DNA of 60,000 bases from Lama guanicoe (lineage: Eukaryota), in contig MU053652.1 in the NCBI GenBank assembly GCA_013239625.1, forward strand, positions 5,633,902 to 5,693,901, read 5' to 3'. A model generated the notes under the pieces. That model did not search any database, was not told the DNA's origin, and saw only the letters and a list, made by a program, of their open reading frames with translations. Of the stretch, positions 50,993-60,000 are shown piece by piece; position 1 is the stretch's first letter; each line of letters starts with the position of its first letter. Both the position numbers and the translations under genes were made by a program.

Positions 50993-52580
50993 GGGACTAA
51001 AAAATTTAAGTATTGCAGTGGTTTGTTGGCCTTCAAAGGGCCATGGAAACAGATGTACAGTGGATCTGTGGTATTAGAATTTCATGGGAGGATTTTTGGG
51101 GAGCATTTGAGTAAAAAAATGTCTGCAAAGATTTCATGAGGAAGCAAGGAAGGAAAGAATGTTGAGAAATACTGAGTTAGACTAACTAAACCAGGATATA
51201 CCAGTGGGAGATTTGAGGGGCCAGTGTGCTTTGAGGCAAGTGGCCAACCCACTGGTAAGGAGGAAAGGGAAATGGCTGTTGGGTCTACAGATCAGCAGGA
51301 TCTGCTCCAGGGGAGTGGCCTGAAGCTGAGGCAAGAAAAAGGGTGATCAGTAATTGGATAATCGGCAGAGAGCCATTAGCTTTGGCAGGGATGAAGCCAT
51401 GCAAAATCTGGGTGGTTCCTGCCGCCGTTTGTTCTGCCTCTCCACTATTTTTTATTTGTTTTCATTTTCTCTTTAAATAAACAAAATGATGAAGTATCTT
51501 ATCTTTAGAAAGCATCAAAGTTTGATTGCTACCGACTGTTCCAAAAAATGTAAGTGATGTTGCATCTTATATCACTTCAGTTGTGCTTATGTACGTCATG
51601 GTTGGATGGCTTGATGGAAGAGTACTTGGAAGATGCTATCAAACTGGTGGATTCGAAGTATGATCGTGAGATTTCCTATTTCCTTCATATATGCTTTTCT
51701 TTATATGGGCATTGTTTTTTTTTCTTTCTTTCTTTCTTTTTTTTTTTACTAACCAATTGTTTATCTAGAAGTTACCATGCAAAACTCCACTACTTCATGA
51801 ACTGCTCACAAAGCCTTGGAAAATGACTACTAATTTCTAAAATAATTGTACCATTTATCATTACTCAGTCAGGGAAAATGGGCATTTATGTGTGCTCTCG
51901 CAATGTTTAGATAGGCTGTTACACCTCTTCCTTTAAAATAGCCCTGATTGCAATGCAAATTGCAAGCTGTGATGCCATCACTGAAAATTGGAATGGCAAC
52001 AGTTTTGTCTGGTTGATATCCTCTGTTGACAGTGGGTGCTTCGGAGCCCTGTGCTTAGTCATCTTGGATCTCTTCACTGAGAGGACCAGTGTGTGGTCCT
52101 TGCAACTAAGGCTGTGCTTTGCATCATCATGTAGTCATTCCCATGGCACACGTGCCTTCTCTGTCTAACAGGACTTATGGCTGCCCTCTGCCGCCTCTAC
52201 CATTCTGTCAGGCGTGGTACTGAGATGGCGGAGCTGCTCATTAAATTAAACTCAATTCCACAAACAGAATTAAATCCCGGTTCTTTGCCAGGGTTTGGGC
52301 TAGAGGGGCTGACGAGGACTGACCTATGCCACTGAGCAGCTGTAGTCCTACAAAATGGGTGAATGATAGAACGGTGGTGTGCAGACATGCTGTGCAGGCA
52401 CAGATGGAGGAGTGGAAAAAGGAATCAGGGAAGGCGGCAAGAGCAGGTGACAGTTCGTCTGGATCTTGTTAGTGCAGCTGAAGTCAGAACATGCTATTTT
52501 AAGCTACAGCCACTTTCTGAGGTGGGTGGAAGGAATTTGGATAAGACTAGAACTGCATTTGAGAACAGAGCTTGCAACAA

Positions 52581-52801
52581 CCAAGGTTCTCAAGATAAGA
52601 ATCTCTTAACCCCAAGCATTTGGGGATGGGTTACTAGCTGTTGGAGGAAACTGTCCTGTGCATTTTGGGATGCTTAGCAGGATCCCTGGTCTCTACCTAC
52701 TAGATGCTGGTAGCACCCGCTCACTCGTGACAACCAAAAATGTCTCCAGACATTGTTGAATGTCTCCTGGGGGGCAAAATCACTCCCGCTAAGAAGGACT
52801 G
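52581..52801 (-). mobile_element. MER20 hAT-Charlie DNA transposon
   Basis: gcaggatccctggtctctacctactagatgctggtagcacc...gtgacaaccaaaaatgtctccagacattg...cctggggggcaaaatc. Confidence 0.85.
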
Positions 52802-54314
52802 CTGTAGGTAGTAGATTGAGAAGAATACAGAATCCCAAGCAATCCTAAAAAGAAAAGGAAGGGAGAACAAGAGAATTGGGAAAGAAGAGTAAAGAGGAGT
52901 CAGGGAGATGATAAAAAGTTAGGTTACCAAGGGGGTTACCTGGCCAGTAAAAAAGATTGCTGAAGGACGGCACTTTCAAAAACAAGAATGTCTGACCAGT
53001 TTGAAGTGGATTGCACTGTTTCAATGTAAACAGCCTCACCCAAAGTTTCCTGTACATGTGGTGGTCTTCTGTGTGCGGTTTTGTTTTTGAAAGGGGTTTG
53101 ATTTCAACATTCAGTGTAGAACAGGGAATGTCACGTTTGCCCCAGTAACAGTCCATAACTGGAACTATTTGGTATTAGAGAAGAAGTTGGAATCATAGGT
53201 AACCACAAGGCTAGAAATTGCTCTGGAAATCACAGCAATTTGGGGAAAGTCCATGAAGGTACCCAGAGAATAAAATGAAGGTTTAGGCTGATACAGTTAG
53301 ATCTCAAGGCGGAGGAGTACCTCTGGTTGAGATCTGGGTTATACGGCACAACACATTGGTTAGAGGAATATTACTTATGGAAAGCCCTGGCATTTGCCTG
53401 GAAGAACACTAGAGGACCAGAGGGAGCACATGGGCACACCTAAGACTTCTGCGTGCTCTTGTTCCAGCCCAGGTGCCCTGCTCACTACAGATGCACACTT
53501 ACACACACACATACATGCGCTCCATTAAAGATCTGCCCTGGGAAAATAGTATGGACGGAGAACAGTGCAGAATAATAAAAGCTGTCTAAAGGCAGACCGT
53601 ATGTGCATACCATGTGTGGACAGTGGCTGGAGAACTGGACAAGGAGTCAGAACATAGGGCTTCTGTTCTGGTTCATACCACGGAGGTGTGACCCTAAGGA
53701 ATCATTTCACCTCTCTGAACTTAATTTCTTCCTCTTTAAGGACTTTGATTGGACTAAGTTGTCTAACCCCAGACCCTCCCTGCTCTAACATCCTATGAAT
53801 CCATAAAAAACCTGAAGCATAACTGGTGTGGGTCCTGTTCTCCACTTGGGCAGGATGCTTGTTTATAGTGCCTGAGCCAGACCAGCTCAACTAATGCCAA
53901 ACCCAGATTTGGGACGGACATGATGGCCAAGCCTGGAGCGAAGGACCCCATTACAGCCTAAGGCTTCTATCAGCTCCCAGATCCCTGAGGGACCCCTTAA
54001 AGGGCATTAAAATCAGGTGTTGTCATGGGAGGAAACAGGAAGAACAGAAGAGAAGAAGCAGCAGGCTGGGCATCCCTGGGGCTTCCTAACGCTGCTCCCG
54101 CCTCATCTCAACCTTGTGGACTCTTTCTGTTTTCCTGGCTTTCTTTGAAGCCACACCCGTTACTGCTTATTCATTGTTGGTAATGATGAGTCGAAACTGG
54201 CCTTATCTTATTCTCTGACTGTTTGTTGTGTTTTCAGGGTGGGTCTGAATGTGGAAAAGAAGTGGAGGACTTCTGTTCCTGCTGCATAGGAAAGCATTCA
54301 AAGTCTATTTGTGC

Positions 54315-54645
54315 ACAGAGCACAGAGGATTTTTAGGGTTAAGATATCATACAGGGAAACTACCCTGTATATCTGAACAGTAGAAACGTGTCATTATAAA
54401 TGTGCACAAACCCATAGAATGTGCACCACTGGGAGTGCACCCTAACGTAAACTGTGGGCTCTGGGTGATGATCTGTCAACGTGGGTGCATCAAGTGTGAC
54501 CAGTGCACCGCTCTGGCGGGAGGTGCAGATGGTGGGGGAACCTATGCATGTGCATGTTGGCGAGGGGGCCGGGGTATACGGGAAATCTCTACCTTCTGCT
54601 CAGTTTTGCTGTGAACCTAAAACTGCTCTTTAAAAAGTTCAGTTT
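54315..54645 (+). mobile_element. L1MC-type 3' end
   Basis: agcacagaggatttttaggg ... caaacccatagaatgtgcacc ... ttttgctgtgaacctaaaactgctcttt. Confidence 0.85.
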
Positions 54646-57600
54646 TAGAAAAAGCCGAACTGCCTTGATTTTTGGTTTCTTTCAGCTTTCCCATCCCTCT
54701 TTGAGACTCAGATCTGTCTTGCTGAATCTTTTACCACCCTATGGGAAGTTGTTTACCAATTTCTACTTTTAATGCAGCTGTAAGGCACTCAAACTGTCTG
54801 TTAGCCAAACTGGCTTTCCACCAAGCACCTTTTCCAAGCTTCTGTCTCTTAAATCCAATGTTTTTGACTAGACTAAGCATATCAAACAGTCTTTTAACAC
54901 TTTTAAAGCCTGGTATTTGCCACCATACAATTCAACTCCATAAATATCTTAGCATTTTCTCTGTGTAAGGCCTTCTGCCAGGTGCTTTTGGTTTGTATAA
55001 AGATGAATAGGGAGCTGTGCTGCCCTTTATAACTTGAACTCCAGTGGGAGCTTGGGAGGTAGGTGTGGGTGAGTGGGTAATTTTTTCCTTTGCCCTTCCT
55101 TCTTCAGAATCATACCGTTGGCTTGCCCTTCCCTCTCCCAATAATGGGATGAGCCCCCTTGGCAACTGCCTCAAAAACAGGACAGGACTGTGTTCTTGAA
55201 CTAGGTACAGCAAGTTCTTGGCAGGCTCTACAGGTCACTGCTACCCTCCTCCACCTTACTCCGTCCAAAACCCAAGAAGGTAAATTTATCTCATGGACAA
55301 TGAGACAAATCACCCTATTTATTTCTGATTTCTCTACTGTTATCAGACCCCTTCCCCCATTGCTTTCCAACAAAAACACTATATGAATGCATTTATCCAG
55401 TACATATATTACTGCGCTTCCACCAATTTTATTTTAACCCATGAATTTCATGTTAGTAAACTACTGGTACATGGGCTCTTTGTGCAGGGGGGTCCATCAG
55501 CTACACCACCATAGGGAATATCCAGTTCGAAAGGATTTAAAGCTTAACTCCAAGTAATGCTACATTGTACTGTGGAAAGCAGTATTTGTTGCCCGTTATT
55601 TCCCATATTAGGGATCCGCAGTCTGTAGCTGGGCAACTTGTAGGTTGAGCCTACACCTCACCTGGTGAAAATGTATGATGCTGGCTACCACTGTTCCACT
55701 TCCCACCTCTGCCACTTAGGTCTTTACCAGCAACTTGACTGTGGGCAGAATTCCCTACCCTAGCAATCTTGGGAAAATAAAATAAGCCTTCATACCAAAA
55801 TGAGTAGGGACTTCTACATGAAGTGTGGCTATCTGGGGGTAGGAAATATGCCTGTAATGCTGGGAGTACAATGAATTTCAAAATACACAAAGGAGGAGGC
55901 TGGCCTTCTATTGGAACACCCGACCTGGGGGAAATGTTTTTAGATGGGACACTAGCGAGCTCCTGAAGAGTATCTAGAATTCCAGAATTTCCAGTCAAGA
56001 GATCAGAGTATAGCCCTGGACAGAGCTTGACTGTATCAGTGGATTTGAAACTATGGCAGGATTGAAGGTACTAACATTCAAGAGAAGAAGGTGCCAACAG
56101 AGGATGGAATTAGTGTGATGTTTAAAAGGAGGGAGGAGAACTTGTAGAAGGCAGTTAGTGTATATCTAGCATTGTTTGGAGAGAGGGCCAGTAGACGGGA
56201 TGGCAGCTTATGGCTCCATCGACAAGGCAATTTGTATAATAGGGAAGGATGCTTCATGTTTCTCAAGAGGCATATCTCAAAATCATCTTTTCATTTCAAA
56301 TGATAGTGAAGTGTGTGAGCATTGGTTAGTGGGAACCAGTTCCCAGGTGTTTTAACAAAGTTGCTAGATGAACAGAGCTGAGGATCATCACTCAGAACAG
56401 GGCAAGTGGGGACATCCCAGAAGCTGTGTCCCCAGAGGAGGAGCAACGCTCTGCCTCATTCCCTTCCAGCACACACATCTGTGACCCTCTGCTGTCCTTG
56501 TCCTTTGCCTATATTGCACAATTTCATGCTCATATGTGATGCGTGAATGAGAACTGGAAATGTAAAAAATGGATGATGTGGAATTAAATTTTCATAAATG
56601 GCAAAAAGGCTGAGTTTTACACTGAAGTCCCCAAAGCCTCCCCCTGCCCCACTAATGGCACCTGTACTCTGGATTACAACCAATCAGAATACTGTTTTAT
56701 TGTACTTTGTATTACTGCAAAAGCTCAATATTGTTTGGAATATCAGATTAATTCAGCATACTATTGTATTGCCATCTGGGCTTATCAGTAGCAACTACTT
56801 CCATTTCCAAGTCTTATTAAACCAAACACATTATGGCAATTTGTACATGAAACATTCCAGCATTACTAAAACTTCTATAGTCTGGAACAGACAAGTTAAA
56901 TTAAAGCATACTCCTTTGGTTACCTAAGGTTTTATTCACGTTACAGTCCTATCTGCAGAAGACTTCTTTTCAAGGACAAAAATTTGTTACCAAAACTTCA
57001 AATTAAAGGGTTAGTGACTAATATCCGATAGGATTTTCTGTCTAGTTAGAGCAGCATGGTCTTATCCTATGCACAGAAATGTGTGAGGGAGACTTTGTGC
57101 TCAAAAGTTTGGGCTGGGTCTTTGCTCGGGTCCCAGATCTGGGGGGTTGCCCCTTCCCCATGACTGCTGAGAGCCTGGGTAGCTCATTAAAGCTTGAAAT
57201 CAAAGTACTTTTATGCTGCTTCTATTCAAACCAATCTCTGCTGCGTCACCTTTACTTTCATAGGCTTTGGGAAAGCCAAGCCAACCAGCCTACGCAATCA
57301 GACCAAATAAGTTTCCTTGGCCTGTACTTTCACCTCTCCTGAAAGAGTAAGTGGAAACTTTTAAGCTAACAGTGACCTCTAAAGCCCTTTGAAAGTATCT
57401 TCTCAAAACTGATTCCTGTGGTGAACATTCTGAACAGCCCCCTTCGGGGTCTCACTGATGGCACATAGACTGTCTCTCCCCGTGCTCACTTCTCTGCCCA
57501 CTTTGGAGTCATGGTCTGTTACTCTGTTCCTCTTGTTCATGTGGTCAGACTGACCCAAAGGCATTTGGGCTTCCACCCTGAAGGCCTTTTGTGTGGCTGA

Positions 57601-60000
57601 CCCTCTTCAGCTGTTAAGTGATTTCTCCCCTAATAGGTTCCTGCAGTCCCTAGAAGTGTTATCCCCTGCAAAGTTCTGCTCAGTGGTCTGGAAGGCAGTG
57701 ATATTTGTTCCTGCCTTCTGGGCAGAGGAAGGCTGCCTTCCTCCAGCTGTGGCAGTGATGAATGACTGACTTCTCTCTCCTTATCCCCCCTTCACCTCCC
57801 CTCCCCTCTTCTTCAAGCTGTCTCTATAGATTACTATTTTTTGAAGCAAGAAGACAAAAGAAAAAAAGAAAGGATGACTTATTTGCAAGCAATCGGTGGG
57901 CTAGCTTCACCTCCTTTGGTCCCCTGCCAAAATAAAAGAAAGAAGCTAGAACAGCATCTGACCTTACCTTGCCCTTCTGCACGACCTGCTTAAAAAGAAT
58001 GTTTAAGGTTTAACATGTGGGCTGGAAAAACACCTAGAGCTTTCTACCTTCAATTGTACTTTTTACCTCTCTTTGAACATTCTTTGTGTTTCTTTATGTT
58101 TCAGGCTAGCAGTATATCTTACTCACGTATTCTTTCAGTCTTGCTGAATTAATAATTACTTGTTGGGTGTCTGGTATATGTGGTGTTGAGCCAGAAGCTA
58201 CAAAAGAAATATGATAAAAGGCTTCAGCATTTAGTGCGTAGGACAGGCAAGAAACACACATAAAATCCTTATGAAAACGTACAAGGAAGCATATAATTCA
58301 GTTCAAGAACAAATGATACAGATATAAATGCTAAAACATTTCTGAGAAAAGGAGATCAATGTAATCTGGAGTGAGTGGGGAAGAAAATCCACAAACATGG
58401 GGAGACCTTGGAGAGCCTTAAAGGTGAGACTCAGCGAATTGCACTTTATTCTACAGATAATGGGAAATTTTTGGAAATATGTTAGCACCCTCAAAGCATC
58501 TTGGAAGAGTTAAGCAGACAAGAACTCTTTGTGGCTATGAAGGAGGTGGCTCAGTGAAATATGAATGAAAAGCCTGTTCAGACAGGGATAGCCTTTGAAG
58601 ACATTCAAATGCAAGTGTGATGACAATGAAGAAAGGAAAATGCTTGCCTGGGTATACCTAGAGGGTTGGTTGGGTGGACTGAGATTGTACAGGGTGATAT
58701 TTGAGGGAACCAGGTATTGAGCAGGTGAGCATGGGCAGGGATGCATGGATACTGTAGACACAATGCGGAAAGCCAGGTCAAAGTCCTGGAGACAGAGTGT
58801 AAGCCTCACTACATCTCAATGGGTGGAACGGTAGCACAGAAGAAAACTTAAAAACAGAGCGATCAAAGGAAATGGTGAGAAACTGAGGCACTCAGTAGTA
58901 TCAGTGGCATTCCACTCATGGTAAAGCCAGGCACATGAGAACAGAGAGGGAAAATCCTGAACAGAAGGACGAGTGTTTCTGTTTTTCCTATCTTTAGTTT
59001 CAGTTGTGGGGTCTGATACTCAATTTGAAGTATCTTGAAGAGAGAGAAGGCCGGTATGATTTATTTCTGCCCTAAGAAAAAAAGGTATGGAAAAATTCGG
59101 CCATGAATCTCAAGTGTCACCATATTTTTAATCTATTAATTTGATTTACATTCAGAGACAATATTCTCTTTTGAGTTACAATGTTTCCCATTATCTCTGA
59201 ACTGACCTCTACAAATAAGAGGAACAGGAAAGACATCTGAGTTGCTGGGCAGGGCTGTTTTCACCTAGCTTTTGATGTGTTCCCACTAATGAAGGCCCTG
59301 TCAGTGGCTAATAAAGGAGGCTTGTTGGGGGTGATGCAGCGAATGTAGCTTTAAATGGTCTTAAATTAATATCTGTTCACCTTCATGCTTGACTTTGACT
59401 GAGCCTAATGACATCAACTCACAAAGACAGGATGAGGTGGTCTTAAATCATCTGAAAACCAAGTCTGTAAGAAACAAAGTCCAGTTTTAAGCTCATTAAG
59501 GGATACTGCTGAATACTCTAGGATATCAAATTAACCATTAAAAACCTTTGAGAGTTGAGTTGAAAACGAGAACATTTTTTCGAATCTTTTGAGATTCAGT
59601 TTTTGAAGTGAGTAAAACTCAGAGCTTTTACATTTTCTCCCCCCAGTCATGATGAAAAGAACATTAAAGGACGTTTTCTTAAACTACTTACGTCAAGTCC
59701 AAGAAGTTAATCTGGAAAAAAACTTCTTTGGCAGTAATGTTATTTCCTGTAGGGGAGTAACTGTGACCCAGAGTCTGAAACTCATAGAAAATACAGTCTA
59801 CAGATCTTGGTATCTGGACAATTGTGGGGTTGGGGGACGGCGGGCAGGTAAAACCAAGGTACCTATTAGGATAGATCATTTAATGCTACTAGGACCTTAA
59901 GATGAAGTTAACTTGTCCTCCATCTTTCTTGGTCAAGATTTTAATATTGCCAAAAAGGAAAAAAATTCGTTTTATTCCCTTATACAGTTTAATGGCTGAA

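Overview
Mammalian genomic DNA, most likely camelid (camel/alpaca/llama): it carries vic-1-type tRNA-derived SINEs and I saw no Alu, B1, Bov-A/BovB or PRE-1 copies. The whole window lies inside the metabotropic glutamate receptor 8 gene (GRM8) on the + strand. One 217-bp coding exon (24928-25144, Venus-flytrap domain) is flanked by very long introns filled with L1, L2, MIR, MaLR/ERVL/ERV1 LTRs, hAT DNA transposons and microsatellites. Other ORFs in the track are L1 ORF2 remnants or chance ORFs. I found no new multi-gene system. The most interesting signals are retrotransposition footprints visible in the sequence: (1) a young L1 carrying a ~600-bp 3' transduction with an L2 relic, (2) a 228-bp orphan polyadenylated retro-insertion with a perfect 16-bp TSD, (3) an inverted SINE pair bracketing the GRM8 exon, (4) a twin-primed 5'-inverted L1 with a second tiny L1 nested in it, and (5) a MER41-like LTR with an intact GAS motif. 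Repeat family names come from recalled consensus sequences, and most repeat boundaries are approximate.
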